Position numbers and translations under genes: made by a program. Of a DNA stretch of 33,649 nucleotides, positions 1 through 8,222 are shown piece by piece. The stretch spans positions 1 through 33,649 of the forward strand of contig JAIRMB010000038.1 in NCBI GenBank assembly GCA_031258995.1, read 5' to 3'. The notes beneath the pieces were generated by a model. It had not been told where the DNA came from. It saw nothing but the letters and a program-made list of their open reading frames with translations, and did not search any database. This DNA comes from Puniceicoccales bacterium (lineage in GTDB: Bacteria; Verrucomicrobiota; Verrucomicrobiia; Opitutales; JAIRLM01). Every line of letters begins with the position of its first letter. Position 1 is the first letter of the stretch.

Positions 1-257
1 AGCCGCTGGGCCATGCAGCCGGCTACGCCCACAAGAAAACTTTCTTGAATTTTCTTCTTCGCAACGGACCGCAGCAGCCCACCGATGGCCTTCCGCTCCG
101 CTTCCTCCCGTACGCTGCAGCTGTTGATGACGATGGCATCCGCTTCTGCTTCCGGGACAATCCGATGGCCGCCGTCCTCCAATGCCGCCGCCATGGTTTC
201 CGAGTCGCGGCAATTCATTTGACAGCCGAAGGTGATAACGCAGACGGAGCGGCCCAT
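1..257 (-). CDS. miaB: tRNA methylthiotransferase MiaB, N-terminal fragment (gene runs off the left edge of the window)
   Basis: The reverse complement, starting at the ATG at 257-255, reads MGRSVCVITFGCQMNCRDSETMAAALEDGGHRIVPEAEADAIVINSCSVREEAERKAIGGLLRSVAKKKIQESFLVGVAGCMAQR. This fits the MiaB N-terminal (UPF0004) pattern FGCQMN..DSE, N.C.VRE.AE.K, GCMAQ. It is absent from the ORF track because it is open at the window edge. The + ORF 45-371 is its antisense shadow. Confidence 0.8.
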   Translation of the reverse strand, partial: MGRSVCVITFGCQMNCRDSETMAAALEDGGHRIVPEAEADAIVINSCSVREEAERKAIGGLLRSVAKKKIQESFLVGVAGCMAQR

Positions 258-360
258 GGGACGGGCATGGGTCCGTTTTTTGCTTTGGCAACTTTCCTCG
301 GCGTCGGAAGTGGTCGGCGTATTTCCTTGGCAGCGCGAAAACGGCGCCTAGACAAGCTCC

Positions 361-1527
361 GTGGGGGATAGTTCGCTGGAGGTCCTTTTTGCCGGCGTGC
401 AGGAGTCCGCTGGACGGGAAGATATTAGGCGTAAACTGCTGAATGGTAAGACGTTGACGATCAAATTGGGCGTAGACCCCACGCGGCCCGATCTTACCCT
501 GGGCCACATGGTGGTATTTCGCAAAATGCGGCAATTTCAGGATATGGGCCACCGGACAGTTTTTTTGATCGGCGATTTTACCACCACGATCGGTGACCCG
601 AGCGGCCGCTCGGAGACCCGTCCCGTTCTCACGGCCGAACAAATTCGGCAGAATTCACAAACCTATTTAGATCAAGCATTCAAAATTTTAGATCCCGCAA
701 AGACGGAAGTGCGCCGCAACGGCGAGTGGTTTCGTGAAATGTCCTTCGCCGATGCGCTCCTGCTGGCCCGAGAGATGACCGTCGCCCAACTGCTGGAGCG
801 GGATGATTTCGCCAAACGGTACGGCGCCGGCACGCCTATCCCGTTGGTGGAGTTCCTCTATCCGCTTTTGCAGGGCTACGATTCCCTCATGCTGGACGCC
901 GATGTGGAGCTGGGCGGCAGCGATCAGCTATTCAACATGCAGGTGGGCAGAACGCTTCAAAAAAGTCGGGGCGGAAGCGGGCAGGCAGTTCTCTGTATGC
1001 CGCTACTGGTGGGCCTAGACGGCGTCCGTAAAATGTCCAAAAGCTACGACAACTACGTCGCATTCAACGATTCAGCGACGGACATGTTCGGAAAAATCAT
1101 GTCCCTGCCGGACGACGCCATGGGGGCTTACTTCCGCTTACTGTTGGGCTACGATAGCGGAGAAATCGCTGCGCTGGAGGCGCTGCACCCTATGGAGGCC
1201 AAGAAGCGGCTGGCCGGCGAAATTGTGAAAATTTTTCATGGAGCGGAAAGCGCTGTGGCAGAACGAAGACGCTTCGAAAACGTCTTTTCGGATCACGGCC
1301 TGCCGGAAGAACTGGACACAATCGCCCTCAGATCCGCCCCGGCGGACCCTGTGGAGTTGCTCTTCGCCTCCGGAAAGTTCCCCAGCAAAAAAGAGATCCG
1401 CCGCCTATGGGAACAGGGCGCCCTTCGGATCGGCGGCCGGCGGCTGGAGCCGGGCCAAAAAATCGAAGAGAAGGACCGCGGCTCCGTATTGCAGGTGGGG
1501 CGAAGGGAATTCTTTAGGCTGGCATAG
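361..1527 (+). CDS. tyrS: tyrosine--tRNA ligase
   Basis: 388-aa ORF with a HIGH-type motif (TLGH), KMSKS, conserved YPLLQGYDS and GGSDQ, and a C-terminal S4-like tail. The GTG start at 361 is not verified. Confidence 0.93.
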   Translation: MGDSSLEVLFAGVQESAGREDIRRKLLNGKTLTIKLGVDPTRPDLTLGHMVVFRKMRQFQDMGHRTVFLIGDFTTTIGDPSGRSETRPVLTAEQIRQNSQTYLDQAFKILDPAKTEVRRNGEWFREMSFADALLLAREMTVAQLLERDDFAKRYGAGTPIPLVEFLYPLLQGYDSLMLDADVELGGSDQLFNMQVGRTLQKSRGGSGQAVLCMPLLVGLDGVRKMSKSYDNYVAFNDSATDMFGKIMSLPDDAMGAYFRLLLGYDSGEIAALEALHPMEAKKRLAGEIVKIFHGAESAVAERRRFENVFSDHGLPEELDTIALRSAPADPVELLFASGKFPSKKEIRRLWEQGALRIGGRRLEPGQKIEEKDRGSVLQVGRREFFRLA

Positions 1528-1571
1528 CGCCCATCTTCGTCGACCTACGCGACGCTTATTTTGCTGGTTTC

Positions 1572-3524
1572 CTACGTAAGCTTTTTTAGTGCCGCCCAGA
1601 GGGCCCCATACTCCGCTTCGGCAGGTCTTGCCATGTCCCATGCTTGATGGAATTTCTCGAGCAGTTTGAAAACTTCCCCCATTGATTTGCACTCAAACGC
1701 GAGCGACAAATTCCTAACTCCATCGTCCCACGCAGCTTGCGTTAGTTTGCCCTTCTTTACAAAAGAAAATGGATGAACAAATCTAATGGCACCGTTCAAT
1801 TGGGCGAGCGTACCATCTGCTGACCCATTCCACGTCAGTGCGGCCTTCCTGCCGTCCGCGGACAACCCCACTATTCCGCGAATGAACTCCCTGTGATACG
1901 ATGTTGTCGTTCCATCGGAATTTGTTATCGTCCCATCTGAAATGGCTAATTTTCCAAGGGCGGCCTTTACCGAGTCTAGCGATGTGATATGGGCGAGCAC
2001 ACTATCGAAATCTTTGGCCGAAATTTCTTCTTCGAGTTTACATAATCGGTCAAGCAACCGTACCCGTCCTCCTTCATCGGTTCCGCAAGCTGCTTCGTTG
2101 ATCATACTGTAACATTCTTTAAACGCAATAATGGCTGCGACAAGCGCACGAATTCCTCCGTTCCAAGCAGCTTCATCCGGTTCGTCTCCTTCGGTATCCG
2201 CTTCCCAGGAAGGTGTGCTGCCGCTGCCATCGTCGACGGCAAGTTTTGTTTTCAAATGCCCAAACGTCTGCTCGAATGAAGTATTCCACACCAAGTCTGC
2301 CGCCGCGTCATAGCTCGCATCCCGTTCAATTTTGCCGCGAATTACATTAATAAAATGATCAAAATTTGGGTTCCTTGCACCAATGCCACCACAACCAATT
2401 GCGCCCTTCGCAATCCCTAGGGATCGCCAACTATCGGCATTCCGTACAATAATTTGGGAATTGAGCATGGAAGAAACCATGCCACAACCATTTCCGCAGC
2501 AGACATCAAAGCCTTCTTGCAGCATCCCGTTAAGCACATCGGCAATTCTCGTACGTTCGGCCAACGGGATGTTTTCGTCACCTCCGGAGGGAGAAGCGGG
2601 TATGATTGGGGCAACCGACCTCGCGCACCACAGCGCTGCGAAGATGAAATTCGCAAGTCCTCCATTCCAACCGGATTCATTGGGCTCCGTTCCAACGAAT
2701 TTTATCGTCGAAGAAATCGGCCCCAGCTCGAGCTTCTCGCAAAAAGCTGTTAGTCTTTCTAGGGTGGCGGATGCCGATCCGGCCCATTCCAATCTTTCCC
2801 ATATTTTCGTGGGGCTTTCGCCATTCTGGAATAGGGATACCGCCCCCACAGCCAGAGCTCTAAATAATGTAAAAGAAATGTCATTCAAAGCTGCATGCGG
2901 CACCGACGTTTCTTTGCTTTTCAGTTCCACATTTCCGATTCCCATTGCATCGTAGGCTGGCCGCAGCTTCCGCGCGATTATCCCAAATAGCTGATTCGCA
3001 AGAGAAGAGTACGTGAAGGTAACTTTTTCATCGAGTGTCGTAGAGCCGACACCCGGAATGCCAAACACGGTGCCGTCGTCGTTCGTTGCATCGACTTGCA
3101 ATGACGATAGCGCCGGAGCGGGCGGTTTATTCGCCGGCGTAGTCGCTGCTACGACAGTGGCGACAAGACCTGCCATAAGGCCCAATTCGGAGCCATTGGC
3201 AACGTCTCCGGGGACCGTTTTCCCGTCCCATTTATCAATTAATTTGGCACGCTCTCGATTTTGCATAGACCGCACAATGAGCATTGCAGCCGTAAAAATA
3301 AGAGCCGTGAGGAGTGAAAAAGCAACAAAAGCAACAATCGCCGCCCAAGTTCGTTGAAGGGCAGGATTGTTCCGCACAAGAGTTTTGACAAATTTTTGCT
3401 TTTCTTCATCCGATACATTAGCGTCGAAATGCTTCCCGGCGATAGAGCCCAAAAAATTTTCGATGCCAAATACCTTATCCGAATAGGTGATCTCTACTGC
3501 CATATACGCACGTCGCGTCAGCAC
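1572..3524 (-). CDS. hypothetical membrane protein with three internal repeats (AW[ND][GD]G motif)
   Basis: 650-aa ORF, convergent with tyrS. Hydrophobic segments lie at aa ~60-84 and ~115-128. No catalytic motif recognised. More AT-rich than its neighbours. The start may be the ATG at 3503. Confidence 0.7.
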   Translation of the reverse strand: MLTRRAYMAVEITYSDKVFGIENFLGSIAGKHFDANVSDEEKQKFVKTLVRNNPALQRTWAAIVAFVAFSLLTALIFTAAMLIVRSMQNRERAKLIDKWDGKTVPGDVANGSELGLMAGLVATVVAATTPANKPPAPALSSLQVDATNDDGTVFGIPGVGSTTLDEKVTFTYSSLANQLFGIIARKLRPAYDAMGIGNVELKSKETSVPHAALNDISFTLFRALAVGAVSLFQNGESPTKIWERLEWAGSASATLERLTAFCEKLELGPISSTIKFVGTEPNESGWNGGLANFIFAALWCARSVAPIIPASPSGGDENIPLAERTRIADVLNGMLQEGFDVCCGNGCGMVSSMLNSQIIVRNADSWRSLGIAKGAIGCGGIGARNPNFDHFINVIRGKIERDASYDAAADLVWNTSFEQTFGHLKTKLAVDDGSGSTPSWEADTEGDEPDEAAWNGGIRALVAAIIAFKECYSMINEAACGTDEGGRVRLLDRLCKLEEEISAKDFDSVLAHITSLDSVKAALGKLAISDGTITNSDGTTTSYHREFIRGIVGLSADGRKAALTWNGSADGTLAQLNGAIRFVHPFSFVKKGKLTQAAWDDGVRNLSLAFECKSMGEVFKLLEKFHQAWDMARPAEAEYGALWAALKKLT

Positions 3525-3619
3525 AACTGACGAAATTTTGCAAGAACAAAATGAAAATCGGAGAAGGCGTCGGAAATGAAATTTCCTTTACAGGATCGGC
3601 TTTCGGGACTGCGCCGCTT

Positions 3620-4126
3620 TTAGCCGCAAGAGGTAGTGACTGATACCGGGGGAAGCGATTGCGTCGCATTGGCCAGTGCCTCCCGCAGGGCATGCCAGGG
3701 CAGGGTGGCGCACTTGATGCGCATGGGAAATTTTCTCACCCCCAGCAGGACGGTGCAAGGACCGAGATCCACCAACTCGCCGCCGCCGAGGGCCCGGATG
3801 GTCCCGTCGATCCGCCGTAGTGCTTCGATGCATTCCAATCCTTCAATGGAAGAAGCCATCAGGGAGGCTGATGCGCGTGAAATGGCGCAGCCTTCGCCGC
3901 AGAAGCGGATCGTCCGAAGCCGCTTCTCCTCCAAACACACCGCGACCGCCACGCTGTCGCCGCAGCTCGCATTGTGGCCCATCGCTCGGCCATCCGCTTC
4001 CTCCAGAGCGCCATAATTGCGTGGACGGCGGCTGTGCTCCAAAATGACCTCTTGGTAGAGCTCCTCCCATTCCTCCACGGGGGAAAACTTGGTATAGGCG
4101 CAGGAAAAGGCAAGCACCGGCTGCAC
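3620..4126 (-). CDS. sufU: SUF-type Fe-S cluster assembly scaffold / sulfur acceptor, SufU (NifU N-terminal family)
   Basis: LYQEVILEH..PRN.G, followed by the three conserved Cys contexts HNASCGD, GEGCAISRASASLM and RIKCATLPWHAL. The start codon is uncertain because about 20 aa precede the conserved N-terminus. Confidence 0.85.
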   Translation of the reverse strand: MQPVLAFSCAYTKFSPVEEWEELYQEVILEHSRRPRNYGALEEADGRAMGHNASCGDSVAVAVCLEEKRLRTIRFCGEGCAISRASASLMASSIEGLECIEALRRIDGTIRALGGGELVDLGPCTVLLGVRKFPMRIKCATLPWHALREALANATQSLPPVSVTTSCG

Positions 4127-4309
4127 GGTTCGAAACGTTCGTCATGCCCAGCGTTCCTTTCGCGGGCCAACGGAAAATTCTTCTTATAATGTGGTCACTT
4201 TTGGGTTTTTGTTTCCGGTGAATAGGGTGGTACGTAGGGAATTTTTACTCCACGCGCCCAACCGCTCCATGGGAAGAAAATTTTATGCGGTTGTGCGGCG
4301 GAGAAAAGG

Positions 4310-5377
4310 CTAGTGAGACTCGCTGGCCATGGCGGCCGTTCGGGCATGCCACTGCGGATGGGCCCGCTCCATGGCGCGGAGTATCTCTTCCTGTTGGGGC
4401 GGAGGAAAAGCGGACAGGTACTCCAAAAATGCACTCCGGCCTTCGCCGATTGGCAGTGCGGCGATGTGGTCCAGCACGTTCTTTTCGCCCCGGCGAAGGA
4501 CAAGTTCCGCCTTCCAGCGCATGGCTGGATCGGACTCATCGCCCAAAATCTTTCCAGCCACCGCAGCTACGGCGAACGCGAATTGGCGACCAAGTGCCCG
4601 ATTGGCCCATTCCGTGGCGGTAGAATTTTTTTCCATGACGTAGCGATAGCCCACGGTGGGACATAGGGCATACTTAGAGGCGGCTTGGGCGGCTTTCCAA
4701 AAGAGAAGCAGGTCCTCGGCAACCAGCATCCGTCGGCTTTCGGCGAAAGGCTTCAAATCGTGCGCCACGGCTCGAAAAATGGTGCCGCGCCAGAGCTTAT
4801 TCCAGAGATTCCAACTGATCTTTCCTTCGGCCAGCAGCTGAATGAGTTCGCTGCCGCTCCGCGTGCCGGAAAACGGCGTTACCCGCAGCATCCAACCCAC
4901 GGGCGATTCCACAGTCCCATCCGCTAAAACTTTTTCCAATGGAAATAGAACAACATCGGCGTCGGAGCCCTTCGCCGTCCCATGGGCCCGTTCGGCGATT
5001 TCCGGCAGCAGTTCGTCGTCGCAGTCCAGCCAAAGGATATAGTCGCCGCGGGAAGCGAGCAGGGCGCGCACGCGGGCCTGCAGCGTGCCCCGATTTTTTT
5101 CGTTGATTAGCAGGATGATGCGCGGGTCGTTGGCCGCATAGCGTTCCAGAATTTTTCGGCTGCCGTCAGTGGAACCGTCATCGACGCAGATAATCTCGAT
5201 GGCCCCCAGGGTCTGTCCGATGGCGCTGTCCATGGCAGCGACGAGTGTGCGCTCCCCATTGTGGACGGGCACAAGGATCGAAACTTGCGGGGCCGGATCG
5301 GCCCAGGCAAAAAAATGGGGAAAACATAGGAGGAAAATGTTTAGGGCAGAACACTTACGCCACCGCACGGTTCCCAA
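4310..5377 (-). CDS. family 2 glycosyltransferase
   Basis: Typical GT2 N-terminal domain: VSILVPVHNGERTLVAAMDSAIGQT..IEIICVDDGSTDGS..NRG...AR, then WLDCDDEL (DxD). Confidence 0.85.
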   Translation of the reverse strand: MGTVRWRKCSALNIFLLCFPHFFAWADPAPQVSILVPVHNGERTLVAAMDSAIGQTLGAIEIICVDDGSTDGSRKILERYAANDPRIILLINEKNRGTLQARVRALLASRGDYILWLDCDDELLPEIAERAHGTAKGSDADVVLFPLEKVLADGTVESPVGWMLRVTPFSGTRSGSELIQLLAEGKISWNLWNKLWRGTIFRAVAHDLKPFAESRRMLVAEDLLLFWKAAQAASKYALCPTVGYRYVMEKNSTATEWANRALGRQFAFAVAAVAGKILGDESDPAMRWKAELVLRRGEKNVLDHIAALPIGEGRSAFLEYLSAFPPPQQEEILRAMERAHPQWHARTAAMASESH

Positions 5378-5547
5378 ATGGGAATCGCCGGCAAATTTTT
5401 CTCGGCAATGCTAAAATTTCGCCGTGTTCGCGCCGGAGAGCCGGTAGCCTTCGGAAGCCTGTGATGGTGAGGAGAACGCCGTTAGAGTGAAAATAGGCCG
5501 TGTAGTCGAAGGAAGTGCGCCGCGGGGGACGCGACCCGTGGAAGATG

Positions 5548-5576
5548 TTGACAAAATTGCCCCAAACGGCTTAATT
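5548..5576 (+). promoter_or_regulatory. candidate sigma70-type promoter upstream of the kinase-like gene
   Basis: Perfect -35 TTGACA (5548-5553), a 17-nt spacer, and a weak -10 TTAATT (5571-5576). The ATG at 5584 lies 8 nt downstream of the -10. Pattern match only. Confidence 0.3.
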
Positions 5577-6453
5577 GAATGTCATGGGTTTTTGTGTGAG
5601 GTTAGGATGGTTTCTGCGTCGATTCACACCCCTAGCACTGGCCGCGGGGATCGGCGGGATGGCATCCCGGGGGATGGCAAGGGAAGGGATTTCCACTATG
5701 GAAAAGGGAAAATTGTCCTACAGATCCGTGGCGCCGTGGGTCTTGGCGGGTGTTTCGCGGGAGGCCTATGAGGACTTTGAGTCCTTCTGGCAGGAGTTTG
5801 AGGCGGAGCCGCACGGCGGCAATTTCGCCATTCCGAAAAAAGTGATCTGGCTAAACGGCGCGCCGGGGGCCGGAAAAGGGACAAATACGGCCTACGTGCG
5901 GGACGTTTTTCAGATTAGAGCAGAGCCCATCGTGACGAGCGACTTGCTAGACAGTCCGGCGTTTCAAAAGGCGAAGGACGCCGGCCAGCTCATTGGCGAT
6001 CGGGAAGTGACAGCTCTCGTTTTTCGCACCCTTTTGAGCCGGCCCTACGCGGGCGGGGCCATCGTGGACGGCTACCCGCGCACGGCGGTGCAGGCGGAAT
6101 GCGCCAAATTGCTCCACGATAAGATTGTGGCGATGAAACAGAGTTCTGACTTTCACCTGGTATTGCTGGAAGTTTCCGAAAAAATGAGCGTGGACCGGCA
6201 ATTGGGTCGGGGCGTGCGAGCAAAGCGCAACAATGAGCGAGCACAGGCGACCAGAAATGGTAAAGAAATGCCCGTTAGGCAAACGGATATGGATCCAGCG
6301 GCGGCCCGCCGGCGCTACCGGACCTACGTGGAGCAGACAACTGCAGCCATGGACGTCCTAGGGAAATACTTCCCTTGCCACCGGGTTAATGCGGAAGGCT
6401 CCTTTGATCGGGTGCGGGCGAACGTCTATGCCATCGGTCGATCCGGAAGGTAA
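5575..6453 (+). CDS. adenylate kinase-family P-loop kinase with a long N-terminal extension
   Basis: Motifs GAPGAGKGT (adenylate kinase P-loop), IVTSDLL, VDGYPRT, and an Arg-rich LID-like segment. Alternative starts are ATG 5584 and ATG 5698; the latter is preceded by the SD-like GGGAAGGGA. Confidence 0.75.
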   Translation: MNVMGFCVRLGWFLRRFTPLALAAGIGGMASRGMAREGISTMEKGKLSYRSVAPWVLAGVSREAYEDFESFWQEFEAEPHGGNFAIPKKVIWLNGAPGAGKGTNTAYVRDVFQIRAEPIVTSDLLDSPAFQKAKDAGQLIGDREVTALVFRTLLSRPYAGGAIVDGYPRTAVQAECAKLLHDKIVAMKQSSDFHLVLLEVSEKMSVDRQLGRGVRAKRNNERAQATRNGKEMPVRQTDMDPAAARRRYRTYVEQTTAAMDVLGKYFPCHRVNAEGSFDRVRANVYAIGRSGR

Positions 6454-6516
6454 TCCGAGCCTATTTCCTTGACCGGAGCGGAAAGGGCTCCCTCAATGGA
6501 GGGGGAGAAGACAGCT

Positions 6517-7404
6517 ATGAGAAACTTTTTTGCGCTAGCCTCTTTGGGGCTGCTTTGCGGCTGTGGCCATGTGAGCAACGTTGAGATTACGAACACCACT
6601 CCGCGGATCCTGGCCGCGAACGCATCGGAAACCTATCCTATTACCATGCAGTTCCGGGTGCGGAGCGGAGAAGTGGAAAGAAGTTCTATTAGGGCACAGG
6701 TTGTGGTGGATGGTCAGGCCCGCAAGATGGAACGGGACGGCAGCACGGGCTTTTTCTGCGAATATGGCGCGCCGAAGGGTCGCAATAGTGTGGCATACTA
6801 CTTCGATGTGGATTACACGCAGCGGGGCAGCGACGGGACCGTGAAGAAAAATATCAAAACGCGCGTCTACGAGCTCGATCTGAGTAATCGCTATGTGCTT
6901 GGCCTGGACACCGTACGCGGTATCCCCGGCACCTGCGTGACCGTGATGGGCCGCGGATTTTCCGGCGAAGACCAGGTATTTTTGGGCGACGGGCCTGCGG
7001 AGACCCATTTCGAGTCCCCCACAACTTTGAAGTTTTTTGTGCCCGCTATAACGGCCGGGAGAAGCTATCGAGTTACCATCGAAGATCGATTGGGCCCCAT
7101 CCCGGCCGGAGAATTTCGCGTCGATCCGGCCCTGCTGAATGCCAGTCCTCGGGCCGTAGAGTTGCGCGCGGGACGGAAGGCCGCCGTGGCGCTAACTACG
7201 GCCATGCCGGCTCCGAGCGACGGATTGGACGTCAACATCACGACGGACATTCCTAATGCGATCGAAGTGGAGGAAAGACACATTCCGGAAGGCCACAATG
7301 GCGTGTCTTTCGACGTGAAGGGCATCGCACCGGCGACGGGCTCCCTCTATGTGGCCATCGATGGTCACCAAACACTCACCATGCCGATTGTGGTCCGGGA
7401 ATAG
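6517..7404 (+). CDS. lipoprotein with IPT/TIG-like domain
   Basis: ATG at 6517 preceded by GGAGGGGGAG. Signal peptide with lipobox MRNFFALASLGLLCGC. IPT-like segment GIPGTCVTVMGRGFSGEDQVFLGDGPAE...LKFFVP. The track ORF begins at 6469. Confidence 0.75.
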   Translation: MRNFFALASLGLLCGCGHVSNVEITNTTPRILAANASETYPITMQFRVRSGEVERSSIRAQVVVDGQARKMERDGSTGFFCEYGAPKGRNSVAYYFDVDYTQRGSDGTVKKNIKTRVYELDLSNRYVLGLDTVRGIPGTCVTVMGRGFSGEDQVFLGDGPAETHFESPTTLKFFVPAITAGRSYRVTIEDRLGPIPAGEFRVDPALLNASPRAVELRAGRKAAVALTTAMPAPSDGLDVNITTDIPNAIEVEERHIPEGHNGVSFDVKGIAPATGSLYVAIDGHQTLTMPIVVRE

Positions 7405-7439
7405 GGGAACGGGCGGGCACCGGCGAGGCGGTGGTGAGC

Positions 7440-8222
7440 CTAGCGGTAGCTCACGTTGCCCTGCTCCGTCTGGCTGTGCCAGTAGAGCAGCCGAATTAGG
7501 AGGGCGACTAGGATGACGAGGGCCCCGATCAGTAGCCCTCCCAATAGGGTGAGTGCGGCCGCGCTCGGCGCAAGGCCGACTGCCGTGAGTACGGGGCCCA
7601 TAATAGAGGTACCCACTAGGTTTGCAAAAAAGTGGAGCGGCAAAATGAGTATGAGTGAAATGCCAAGACTTAGCAGGGGAAGGCCCACATATTCCTGCAG
7701 GAAGCCGGAGACTCCCTCGTATTTTTCGCCGCGCACCGTAAATGTCTTCGTCACTTCCTCCGTTCGCCCGGCGGATTCGCAGGGCGGAACGGTCACTTCC
7801 ACCTCTGCCTGCCGTAGGCCGTTCAGCAATTGCCAAGGCGCCCGAGGGATGGCCCACAGAAAATCTGCAAAATCGGCACCCGGCTGAAGTCGATACTTGC
7901 CCCCCTTTCTGTCTGTGCAAGTGCCTAATAGGCGACCAAAATAAGGTACGTCCGCATTTTCCGGCAGCCATCGGACGGAAAAAAACGGTGTTCGGTAAGC
8001 TTTGTAAATCACTGACACGGCGCCAATATAAATTGGTACGGGAATGCAGTCAACGCCCTCCATAGCAGATGTTACCGCTCTATTGCGTAAAAAAGAAGCA
8101 TAAAAGCATTGCTCATCCGGTAATTTTTCCCTAGCCGTTGTGCTAGTGGAATCTGCAGCTGTGGCGGTCGATCTCGTTCGCGAATTTTCTTGGCTGTTGG
8201 TGGTGGCGGCCGGTTCCGCCAT
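7440..8222 (-). CDS. hypothetical membrane protein (C-terminal multi-TM block)
   Basis: 260-aa ORF with a hydrophobic C-terminal ~90 aa. Its 5' end overlaps the divergent antiporter ORF by 83 nt, so the real start is probably internal (for example ATG at 8063). Confidence 0.55.
   Translation of the reverse strand: MAEPAATTNSQENSRTRSTATAADSTSTTAREKLPDEQCFYASFLRNRAVTSAMEGVDCIPVPIYIGAVSVIYKAYRTPFFSVRWLPENADVPYFGRLLGTCTDRKGGKYRLQPGADFADFLWAIPRAPWQLLNGLRQAEVEVTVPPCESAGRTEEVTKTFTVRGEKYEGVSGFLQEYVGLPLLSLGISLILILPLHFFANLVGTSIMGPVLTAVGLAPSAAALTLLGGLLIGALVILVALLIRLLYWHSQTEQGNVSYR

Noticed and set aside
258-360. T-box or other leader upstream of tyrS
   Set aside because: Only about 100 nt separate the divergent miaB and tyrS starts. 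That is too short for a T-box, and no specifier or antiterminator-like elements are visible.
45-371. 108-aa + strand ORF at the left edge
   Set aside because: It is Arg/Ala/Gly-rich and lies antisense to a clear MiaB N-terminal coding sequence on the minus strand (1-257). I treat it as a shadow ORF.
1538-1563. Possible intrinsic terminator after tyrS (CGTCG-ACCTACG-CGACG followed by CTTATTTTG)
   Set aside because: The stem is only 5 bp and the T tract is interrupted, which is too weak to call. The site is also shared with a convergent gene.
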